Assembly (NCBI GenBank): GCA_002269645.1
Contig: NIVC01000694.1
Location: forward strand, 310,001 to 374,000
DNA length: 64,000 nt
Source of the DNA: Macrostomum lignano
Taxonomy: Eukaryota
Direction: 5' to 3'
Program-made: the position numbers and the translations under genes
In this document: positions 1 through 10,132 of the stretch, in pieces
Layout: every line of letters begins with the position of its first letter
Numbering within the stretch: position 1 is the stretch's first letter
Notes under the pieces: model-generated
Databases searched by the model: none
What the model saw: only the letters and a program-made list of their open reading frames with translations
Told to the model about the DNA's origin: nothing

Positions 1-432
1 CCTCGGCCCGGATCACGTGGCCCGCCAGTTGAGGTCACCACCGGCGCAGAATGATGGACGGGCGCTGCAGCTTGACTCGAGCGTACAGGGCCTCGGTCCC
101 GACGCTCTCTTCAGATCGAAAGGCCGCACGGAGCAGCCCTGAGTGCACCGAGTCCAGCTGCCACTCTAGCGTAGCCGTCAGCGTCCACGTCTCGGCGTTG
201 TAGAGCAGGGCGGTTTCGACCACCGTCGGCCACAGCTGAGCCCTCTGGCGGTCGGGCAAGGCTTCGGACTGGACGACGGCCCGGATCGAACGGAAGGCCT
301 CCAGGCAAGTCCTCTGCGCCGCAGGAGGTCCTCCTCCACGTGAGGCACCAGATCGCCGAGGTAGTTGAACCGCTGGCAGCGTGCAAGCCTGGTCGTCTGC
401 CCGTCTGGGATGTCAGCCGGCAAAATCAGCAC
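1..432 (-). mobile_element. Degenerate non-LTR retrotransposon (RTE-like LINE) fragment, C-terminal RT region, frameshifted
   Basis: Minus-strand ORF pieces read FNYLG...LRRRGLAW and LWPTVVETALLYNAETWTLT...LRRW*PQLAGHVIRAE. These are typical of the post-RT region of RTE-type LINEs. The pieces lie in different frames with a stop, and the element runs off the window edge. Confidence 0.75.
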
Positions 433-1382
433 CTCGGTCTTCAGTGAGAAGGGAATTCTAGCGCAGAGTCGCCCACCAGCTAAAAGATCGATCCCCTAAT
501 GCAAAAGCCCTCGTTTCCAGCACTAAATAGACTTCCTTGTATGACTCGCATAGAGTCCCTTAATCGCGGCCATTTCTAGTACAGTTGGGGTCAAGAAGCT
601 TAGTCTGTTACAGACCGGGAGTTCCGTCTCGTTAGTGAGAGTTTTTACCGGGTGTACTCCTGCACAGGTAATCCTCATGGTGGCGGCCACGCCTTGGCGT
701 GTACCTTCAAACAACTCGAGCCCGCTGTCTAGATAATGGGATCTTGGCCGCAATGTCAGCTACTGCACCATCCAGAAGTGGACAAAGTCTAGGGGAGAGG
801 CCTGGCGGCTGTACTTTTCTGCGCCAGAGCCCAGGGGTCTGCACAGGTTTTTCATGCAGCATAGGTTACGTCAAACACGTAGCACAGGACTACACGTATA
901 CCCCATGCTTACTATCCTGAATCAATGCATGGCTACTTAAACTGAGGCCTTAATTAGTAACGAGTAACAGCAAATTCCTGCTTGTTTGGGCGCCAAAGCA
1001 TTCTAATTTCGAGATGCATTGAAAAAGCAACAATTGTTTGCCGCCATTTGGAAGCTATGCATGTTGACGAACAGCTAAAGATTGATTGATCATCAGGGCT
1101 TCCATTCCGTTCACGAGCTTCGAGAGAGATCATAAACCGTTTAGGCTCTGTGTTTGGAGATCTCAACCCACTTACTATCGACAATCGTATTGTATCTTAC
1201 AGTCGAATGTAAATTTTGATAGCGCGACCTCGGTGCATTCAAAACCAAAATGCGTGTACAACGTACATTATAAACTTCACCCAGAGCCCGTTTAAAACCT
1301 CCAAAAGTCTGATGGTAAGCTATCTAGAACTATCTTGGGCCAAGGCGAGCCCTGTGTAGTCTATGGTCCGCCACTTTCCGTT

Positions 1383-1913
1383 CCGGGGGGTCTTTCTCGA
1401 AAGCAACTTACGATCGACCATCGACGTAAGTTGGGTAAGCTACACTTACGGGTTGCTCGAAGGGCTCGCAAGTTAGCTATGCGTAAGATTGATCGCAACT
1501 TTACGAGTTCGTAACTATGCGCAAAAGACTGTTTCTCGAAACGTTCGTATGTCTATGGTCTTTCGTAAGGTTGATCTTAACCCTAGACTGCTCGGTATCA
1601 GTCGTAAGACGCACTTAAGCACTAATCGCATAGTACGTGAAGCTTTAGTCAAGCCAACTCAAGTTAAACTTTATCAAAGGTGGGTCTTTCTCGAAAGCAA
1701 CTTACGATAGACCAAGTAAAGATACTTGCAGATTTATGACCATAGACATGCAACTTTTCGTTTCAGATACGACTTACGAACAGCGTAAGCCACGCAAAGT
1801 CTAAGTTAGTTTTGAGAAAGCGTCTTACGAGCAAACTTACGCTACACGTAAATTTCTTTCTTACGATCTAACTTACCATAGAACTTACGTGAGTTTCGAG
1901 AAACACCCCCCGG
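1383..1913. mobile_element. Non-autonomous TIR element (MITE-like), about 530 bp
   Basis: The left end ccggggggtctttctcgaaa (1383-1402) and the reverse complement of the right end (1894-1913) match at 19/20. An internal copy of the left terminal motif sits at about 1682-1713, there are many cttacg/cgtaag subterminal motifs, and there is no credible ORF. Confidence 0.6.
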
Positions 1914-3740
1914 TCGGCTTGGTAAGCGGAGCTTCAAAACAGCACTTGTGAAAATCAGTTTTACTTGGCGCTCAGGCCAGGGATACTATAGTATAGTTTG
2001 TTACCGAATGAACAGGGCTACGGAGGGGGATCCTACGGGTTAGAAAAGTGTTAAATATTTCATCCAGACTTAACCGGCCGCCTGTTTTGTTGCATTTTGT
2101 TTATTTAGTTCCGTACAAGTATACAGTGCAACAGTGCGTTCATTTGAGAGACGGGAACTTCGACTTGGATCTTCAATCGTTCCAACCACCAAAACTTCAT
2201 TGCTTTTATAGACTGTAGTTTTATAAATCCGAATATATGATTTGCAGCCTCTTGCAGATAACTAAGTTTCATTAACATGAAGTTTTACCACGCAGCAGAA
2301 ACTGTTTCGCGTTGATGAAATTCGGCGCTTATGAAAGTATAGCGATTTGGCGGTTGTAGCGGGTATTTCCAGAACGCCGGGCCACCCTCTATTCCTAATG
2401 AATTGGTTAACTGAGATTGTGAATTTCAGATCACCTGGGTCAGCAGAAGCTCGGTCAGCCAGCAAGGAGCCCGCTACCTTCCAGCTGCCTTGATGCCATG
2501 TCTCGTGTGACCGAAATTCTTTAACTTGGCCTTCTTTAACCTTCAATCATGACCACAATGAACAGCAGAAGAGCTTTAATGAGGTCACCACCAGCATGTA
2601 ATGTCAGTAACATTTAAGGCTAGTGGGGTTTTTAAGTTTGTGGCAAAATGAGCCACCTTCCTACGGAGATACTCAAGTTTTCTGCAACGTGTCGAAGGTC
2701 CTGATATATCAGCTTGAGTGACAACAACTTTTGAGCTGAGTTGAACCAGGCATATGTAGTTGACTTTATCTGCAAGGCTCTGCAAATCACAGGCCTGTGT
2801 TAGTTGCTGCTGGCTTCAAGAATTTCCTTTGAATCAGTGGAAACGTGGAAATACGATGTTCCTAAAGGAATTCGCTGAACGCTTTGGCTGAGTTGGAGAG
2901 AGTCCAAAGAATGGGATTTATTGAATTGGAACAAAAGAAGGGATGCGCTAGGTGCCTTCTCAAAATCATGCAACAGGATTTGCCAATGTCAGTCTCAGAA
3001 CTGATTACCAATAGTCGTTAGAATTCACAAAAAGAAGGACAACAGCCTCTTTAGGAATTAGAGAGCAGCAATCGCAAGCCATCTCTTGGAGTTTCTTTTG
3101 AAGATTATCCGGGACAAGTTGAAATTTCCAAAAACCAGGGCAAACTCAAACCGACGACAGTGAAATCTCGACCTGGAAGAGCTAAGAAACAAAATAACAG
3201 ATTGTTTTGGAAATTATTTTAAACTGATTACCTATAGTTGTGGCAAATCATAAGATAACCTCAATTAACAGTTGACTAATCATGCGATATTGCTCCTGAT
3301 TGACAGATTGATAGACAAACAGAGGCCCATTTTTGTGTATCAGAGGCCACAGTCCATCCATAGCTATGGAATCAGCTTCTGTTCTGCCAGTGCTTTTGTG
3401 CTTTTGTGCACCATCTGTATCTGTGGTGCACGCTACGTCTTTCAGCATCCTCTAAATGGTTTGCACTGCTTACCATGCCGACCGGAACGGAGATGAAAGT
3501 TTTTATGCAAACGTACATTCAAAATCTGACAGAATGCTGCGTACTGCCAATGGCAAGTAGCAGACAGTGGGGTCAACAGGAAGTGCGCGCATGAACTGGC
3601 AATGCTTGTCACGGTCAGAGGAGACGAGGCGTACAGGAGTACAGTGGCTGCACTTGGGAGAGCATAATGCTGCGATAAAAATAGACCAAGAGCAAGGCAG
3701 ACTCGCGTGTGGCCACATGCGAAGCAAAGGCATCTCGGGT

Positions 3741-3749
3741 CTATAAAAG
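3741..3749 (+). promoter_or_regulatory. TATA box upstream of the vWA gene
   Basis: ctataaaag lies about 95 bp upstream of ATG 3840. Confidence 0.45.
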
Positions 3750-3839
3750 TAGGCGACTCATTCCCTACTCAGAGCAGCAGAATCAAGAACTGACTAAAGA
3801 ATCAGCATCACATATCCAAACGGTTTAGTTAACTGAACC

Positions 3840-5219
3840 ATGGCTCATCCTGGCCTGATGCCGCTCGACCTGGCCTTCTCTTTTGACACCACCGGCTCCA
3901 TGTGCTCAGTGCTTGATGAAGTGCGCAAGAATATTGCTGAGATGCTGGAGCGACTCAGCGTGGACATCCCGGAGATCCGCGTGGCTCTCATCGCTCATGG
4001 CGACTACGGTGACATTTATGAAACTGAGATACGGGACTTTGGCACCTCAACCGCTGATCTGGTGAAATTCGCTAAGACCGTGTCGAGCACGGGTGGCTCG
4101 GACAGGCCAGAGTGCTACGAGCTGGTGCTGCAGCAGGCGAGAACTCACCTCACGTGGCGCAAGAACAGCACTCGAGCTCTGGTGCTGATTGGCGACTCGT
4201 ATCCACATGAGGTCGGCAGCAGCAGGAACAAATATAGCATTGACTGGAAGGCTGAGGTTGAGCTGCTGCGCCAGCTTGGAGTGACCGTGTACTGTGTGCA
4301 GTGCCGTTCAGCGGACGATCAGGCAACCAGATTTATGGATCACGTAGCCAAAGTGACGGCTGGTCTGCGCCTGCCGCTCGCCGAGATTCGCGGAGTTCGC
4401 GACTTCCTGATGGCCATCGCATACCGAGAGTGCAGCTCCGACGCTCTTCAGGACATTTACGAGCACGAGGTGCGCACAAGGGATGGCCCGGCTCTGCCTG
4501 GTGACGTAAGTCGCATGCTGGGACTCGTGAAGAGAGCGTCTGCCACCTCTGCTGCTGGGTCCACCAAAGCAGCGGCCACGGTGAGCTCTGCGACAAAAAC
4601 TATAAAAGCTAAGATGGCCAAGGTGGCAACCAAAAGGACTCCAGTGAAGGCGAAGAAGACAACCAAGATCACTGCTGTGGCGACCAAATCAATAAATCCG
4701 AGGACGAAATCTGTGAAGACTTGCTCTACTAAGAAGCTCCCCACATCTACTGCCTCTATTAGTTGGTCTCCGTGGCGTCTTGTTGGACAGCCCGGAAGAG
4801 TGAACGGGTTGTCATGGCAACAGTTTGGCAGCGGCTCTGTTCGTCAGTTTCTGACCCGCAGCTCCGGCGGAGGTCAGCGCGCAGTGGAGCTCGCCGTACA
4901 GCCGCGGCCCGGTGCCCGGCGCTTTCCGCTGTTCGGCCGAGTCCTCTCTCTCAAAGCCGGCAGCCGCCTTCGTCACGGACTCTCAGCTGTCACTTTCGGA
5001 CGCCTCCTGTCTGGCCGGCCGACCGTCCGAGCGCAGCTGCTGCGCGTTCTGAGCCAAGGCATGCGGGTGTTCGCGAGGATCAGCAGCGCCGAAGCAACTG
5101 GCGCCGATCCGAAGCTTCTGCCGCGACTTGTGAAGGCGGCGAGCTACGCTTGGAACAGCGGCCGGAGCACCAGGTGCGCCGGGGTCTTCGTGTCCGTGTC
5201 CGAGAGGAGCCTTTGTTGA
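3840..5219 (+). CDS. Intronless vWA-domain protein with a Lys/Thr-rich linker and a degenerate GIY-YIG/ET-like C-terminal domain (459 aa)
   Basis: N-terminal vWA: DLAFSFDTTGSM (MIDAS-like), RVALIAHGDY, GGSDRPECYE, LVLIGDSYPH. Basic linker rich in K/T/A. C-terminus has WSPW...VELAVQ...VFARI...YAWN. Confidence 0.85.
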   Translation: MAHPGLMPLDLAFSFDTTGSMCSVLDEVRKNIAEMLERLSVDIPEIRVALIAHGDYGDIYETEIRDFGTSTADLVKFAKTVSSTGGSDRPECYELVLQQARTHLTWRKNSTRALVLIGDSYPHEVGSSRNKYSIDWKAEVELLRQLGVTVYCVQCRSADDQATRFMDHVAKVTAGLRLPLAEIRGVRDFLMAIAYRECSSDALQDIYEHEVRTRDGPALPGDVSRMLGLVKRASATSAAGSTKAAATVSSATKTIKAKMAKVATKRTPVKAKKTTKITAVATKSINPRTKSVKTCSTKKLPTSTASISWSPWRLVGQPGRVNGLSWQQFGSGSVRQFLTRSSGGGQRAVELAVQPRPGARRFPLFGRVLSLKAGSRLRHGLSAVTFGRLLSGRPTVRAQLLRVLSQGMRVFARISSAEATGADPKLLPRLVKAASYAWNSGRSTRCAGVFVSVSERSLC

Positions 5220-6322
5220 TTCTGCAAAGACTTTATTCCGAACAAATGCAAGGCTTTTATAGCCTAAACTGTTTTAAATACTCTATAGCTCTTGTCAAAC
5301 TGTGTATACTACTATTGTATTTTATCTATCCTATAGAATTTGAACTTAGAAACGAACTGATATTTATAGCAAAATTTAAACTATTAAATCTTTAGATCTA
5401 AAAATTTATTTAAATAATAAACAGGAGCACGATAAATTTCACGGCTATTGTTTATACGAGCTGCTAAACGCACGACTGCTTGTAGGGCATCCATCTCTCA
5501 TTCTGCTTACCAAAAAGCAATTCATGTTAGAGGCAGAGGAGCCATTAGCAGTAAAGCCAGGATATTGTGCATGATCTAAGGCAAGAAAGCTGGCTTTTAT
5601 AACAATATCGTCACTCCATGGCCAATGCAATGGCTGCCTTGAATGGTGAGCTCATTGAGTCTTTCTCTTTACGCTGGAAATTCTGTCCTCGAAATGTTTT
5701 CTTAGTTTTGCAGCTTAATTGCTTATTAAATACGAGCGAACCGACAGCCTTTCTTAATTCTCTCCTGACGTCATCAGAAGATACAGAAAAGTTAGCACCG
5801 CTTCTATTATTATAATTAGAATTAGCCTTATGTCGAATATTAAGTGAGAACAAATTTCATGTAAATATCCCAGACATATACACGCACTGGATGTTTTCTT
5901 GTGCATGTACTGCATCAATAGTGCTAGACTCATGCAGGCCTGGTGAAATAGAGGTCTGCAACGAACGATGAAGGACTGCTCAAATTTCTTCATACGGTGT
6001 GCACTCGACATTGTACTCAAAATGTACATTAACGTACGCAGACAAGTTTGAGTTTTCTTTCGAGCCGCAACCCACTCGTTCTTGCACACCAAGCAGTGAA
6101 AATAATGCCAAGGTATGGAATCTATTTTTAGCGATTTACACAATTCGCGGAAGGTCCTGCAATCTGCTGGATTTTCCTTGGAAAAGAATTCACCGAAAAA
6201 ATAACGATGACGATTTGGTGCCTTCAGAGAAACCGCAGATTTTCTATACCTGACGCCCCTCAGAGTATTTATCTGGGCGATACCGCAGCGCCCATCGCAC
6301 GGCCAGCCCGCCAGCTCTCACT

Positions 6323-6829
6323 ATGCCAAGCCACAAGTCCAAGTCTCGACTCTTTACCGTCACCAACAAGCTTCAGAGCTTCATTCGACGGCAACGCAAG
6401 GACTTCGGCTACCTCAGCAGTAGCAGCGACAGCGAAGCTACCACCTCGCCAGCCTCCCTCGGGCTCTCCAATTCGGACGGTTTGTCAAGCGAAAGCAAAA
6501 GCACACAGGTCGGGCAGCAGGAAGCTGAGCCTCGTCAGCTGACAAGTAGCGAGCGTCACCTCATAAGTATTCACTTCGCGCTACTTCAGGAGCAGAACGA
6601 GACGCACAGGGCGCTTCGGGAGGCTGACGACTACGAGAGTCGTAATCAGGTCAGAGAACGGAAGAAACTGGATCAGCAGGAGCCTGAAAGCCCGGTGAAT
6701 CTGTCCAAAGTTGGTAAGAGTTGCGGAACCTTCGCTTGGAGCTGGCACGTACGAGAGAGCGACTTCATTGACTACGAACTGGAGGCCAGGAAGCAGAAGC
6801 GCAGGAACAGTGAATGGCGGAGACACTAG
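6323..6829 (+). CDS. Hypothetical Ser-rich/charged protein (168 aa)
   Basis: ATG-initiated ORF with protein-like composition. No recognisable domain. Confidence 0.3.
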   Translation: MPSHKSKSRLFTVTNKLQSFIRRQRKDFGYLSSSSDSEATTSPASLGLSNSDGLSSESKSTQVGQQEAEPRQLTSSERHLISIHFALLQEQNETHRALREADDYESRNQVRERKKLDQQEPESPVNLSKVGKSCGTFAWSWHVRESDFIDYELEARKQKRRNSEWRRH

Positions 6830-6915
6830 TCACTGAGGACTTCCAACAGAATGTACGGCGGTTGCAGAAGAGACTTTGACTATTAATTTGTGCTAAATCC
6901 AACCATGTATATAAA

Positions 6916-7330
6916 GGGGGCCGTAGCCCAGCGGTAGCGCAGCTGCTCTGGTGTGCCAGCGACCCAGGCTCGATTCCAAGTGCAGTCACATTAATTTGGG
7001 GCTGAATTGGAATCTCGGCTTGGCTCTGCTCGTGCAATTAACGGCCTTGAGAGCCAACCCCCCAAGGCGCAGTGAAGTGTACATGCCTAACGATAAAATA
7101 AAGTGAGGGCCGCTGTACAATCCTGTGTGAGTGTGTGCCTGCGTACGTATCCGCGCGCTTGTATGCCTGCTCAGGGGAGTCGGCGGAATGGGCAAGTATT
7201 GCCTCTCGCCGGTTGTGTGCCTATGTCGCTTAAAGTGCGCCAAGGTGCACACAACCCCCTGCCTCTAAAAAACCACTACATATAACTGTAGTGGAAACTG
7301 AGTGTCTAACTCATATTCTATATGCATCTA
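6916..7330 (+). mobile_element. tRNA-derived SINE (head 6916-6990)
   Basis: gggggccgtagcccagcggtag carries an A box and gctcgattcc a B-box-like motif. The cloverleaf is imperfect and continues into a non-tRNA body. The 3' end is approximate. Confidence 0.5.
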
Positions 7331-9423
7331 ATCAAGCTAAATGCTTTCTTTTCGTGCTGGTTTTCATTGTTGCTGTAAATACGAAAATATGTATAAAATT
7401 GTAGCTAATATAAAATTGGCTCGGTCAAAATGCTTTTCTTACTTTACAACTTGTCCCTTTGACCTACTATCTATTAAGTCTCGTTTTTACATAATAAGAT
7501 AGCAAATGGACTCCAAGATTCCAATAGCGAATTCTAAAAACTGGCGAACTAGAAAGTCTGATCTTACTAGACTTCAATTGCAATAGCTCTTGTAAAACGT
7601 AAATTTTCTATCAGTGCTACTGATACCAGTAGTGTATCTGGATAGTTCATGATATTTAAATGAAATGATAAGAATTATTTCATTAAATGATACATAACGA
7701 TGCGACACATTGTGTAAACCAAGAACCGTCAAGCGCTTAGTTGTGTTTATTTATAGGCCAAAGTCAAACGCAATTCTAATACTTCGTAAGTCTTGCATTT
7801 TGTAAGTCTTAGATTACCGAATTCCTAGAAAACGTTTTGTGGATTCAAATCGTAGGGCCTAATTAATCGACTCATCGAGTAGGCCCTAACAACGGAGAAC
7901 GGATCACGCAGCAGAAAAGCTAGCAGCGCTAGCATTGGTCGATGTTTCACATCGACTGAAAAGTGACACCGAGTTTGCCCTTAAAGAAGCAGAAGGTGAG
8001 CATCTTACAGCCTAGCCTAGGCCCTGTGTAAAAATTCAATCAGTCTAGCAGACTAGCTTCTAGAATTTATTTTAGGCCTTTGCTCACATTTGATTTTAAC
8101 AATAATGCTTGGGCTGTTAATTATATGCCTAGCCTAGGCCTAGTGGTGCATGGTAGGCTTTAAGGCTTTAGGCATTAAGTCTTGGACATGCTTATGCCAG
8201 TGTTCCAACCAGAAATTTGTTGAAAAAGGCAGATCCTAGACTCTACTAGGCCTAATAGAGGGTCAAGACTGGAAAAGGAGGGATAGAGAGAGATTTAGGG
8301 CCTAGGCTTAAAGTTTTGTAAGAATTTGCTTGTCTGCAATTGCAAAGAGCTGACTGCTACAAGGTAGGCCCCAGCCCTAGTAAAAACATTTTAAAAGGAT
8401 TGAAAAATAATTTTAGCCTTATTAGACATGGCATAGCCTAGCCATAGGCATTGTGCAGCTTGATTTGTAAGGGCCTACTCTCTGCAAACTGGCCACTGTA
8501 CATAGTGTCCCCTCTCTCTTTGCAGCCAATTAGCCTAGCCCTTCTCACTTCTATTTCATTTGCATTTTACAGCCTATAGTATAATTTTTTATTTCTTAAT
8601 TTTGGCTTAACTAAATTCCAATAAAATAAAATAAAATCATGCTATCTTAAGACTAGACCTAATGACTAGGCCTAGGTTATGCTAGGTGTTAAATAGACAT
8701 TGATAATGATAAGCCTAGTAGGTCTAATTTAAGATCAAGTCACAAGTGTAGTTTGTTCTATAATTTTGACAAATCTTTAATGCATTAAGCCTATAAATAT
8801 AATACCTAGACTTATGCCATATTTATCTATGAATTATAATTTTTTAGATCTATCTAGGCCTTATAATCTAAATTTAGACTTATATTCTATTTAATACTTG
8901 TCTATTTCTCAATAGATTCTTATCTCAAGTCAAGAAAGTCTAGGATTAATTTTTTTTATTTAAAACGTGAAATTAAATATGGCTTAATATTTTAACAAAC
9001 TATTGAAAGCTGTGGATTTTGAACCTATAAAATTCTAATCCCTGGAACTATTTTTGCAAAAATATTAAATGCTAAAGCTGTTTAAAATAGTAAAAATAAA
9101 AAGCAAATGATTGAATTAATTTGTTAAATAATAATATAAAATTGTTCTCTAATTTATCTTATATATAGTCCTTAATTCTAAGTGCTCTAATAGATATATA
9201 TATATAGTATGCAACTTTTAGAATCATTTGATAATCAAAATGATATATTATCTTTATAAGAAAACTTAGTTATTTGCACAAAGAGATAGCTCATGTTACA
9301 AGTATATTATATTTTTTAAATTTATTTAATAGATTCTTGTATTTTGCTTTGTACCATCTGCTAGAAATGGTAATAGATATCCTACTTTTGCACTATCTAT
9401 ACCAGTCCTAGATTATACTAAGT

Positions 9424-9748
9424 CCTAAGATTATCCTAGAATTTAAAACAAACATTGTGGCTTTGGGATCACTAGAGTCAGAAGACTACAAGAATTTTGT
9501 CTTCCTTTTTTGTCAGTAGAAATGGCTAGATGATATGCAGAGTCACAATGATGCTAGACAAAAAATAGATTTCTAATTCCAATTTCTAGTCACTAGAATG
9601 AAATCCATTTCTGTCTAACATCATCTTGACTCTGCATATCATCTAGCCATTTCTACTGACAAAAAAGGAAGACAAAATTCTTGTAGTCTTCTGACTCTAG
9701 TGATCCCAAAGCCACAAAGTTTGCTTTAAATTCTAGGATAATCTTAGG
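9424..9748. repeat. Long near-perfect inverted repeat (foldback/MITE-like), arms about 137-150 bp
   Basis: 9424-9560 is the reverse complement of 9612-9748 with few mismatches (e.g. gtcagaagactacaagaattttgtcttcc vs ggaagacaaaattcttgtagtcttctgac). Pairing extends inward to about 9573/9600. Confidence 0.9.
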
Positions 9749-10132
9749 ATCCTAGATATCTGTTTTGGGATATCCCAGATTTAGAGGCCAAATCCTAGGA
9801 TCCAGGAATCTTGGAACACATGCAGGTCACTGTTGGCCAAGAGTCACGTGATATTTATTGATTTTATCCAATGGAAATTTCTTGGTTGAATCTACAAGTT
9901 TGCTCATCTATAAATGATTGCTGTGGCCCAGTATCATCCCAGTTTCTCCTAACATCCTGTCTAAGCTAGTCTACCTGTAAGTGCAAGAGCAAACAGGGCA
10001 AATACAAAACACATTCAGAGCATCCTGTGGGATCTATGTGCTCCACAGGCCCTCAAGCACCGCCTTTTATTTAGCCTGTCAATCAATCCTGACCCCCCCC
10101 CACCGACAGCTGCACCCGCCGACCCCGTCGCC

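Noticed and set aside
500-3700. Short ORFs as transposase or gene fragments
   Set aside because: I could not recognise any motif in them.
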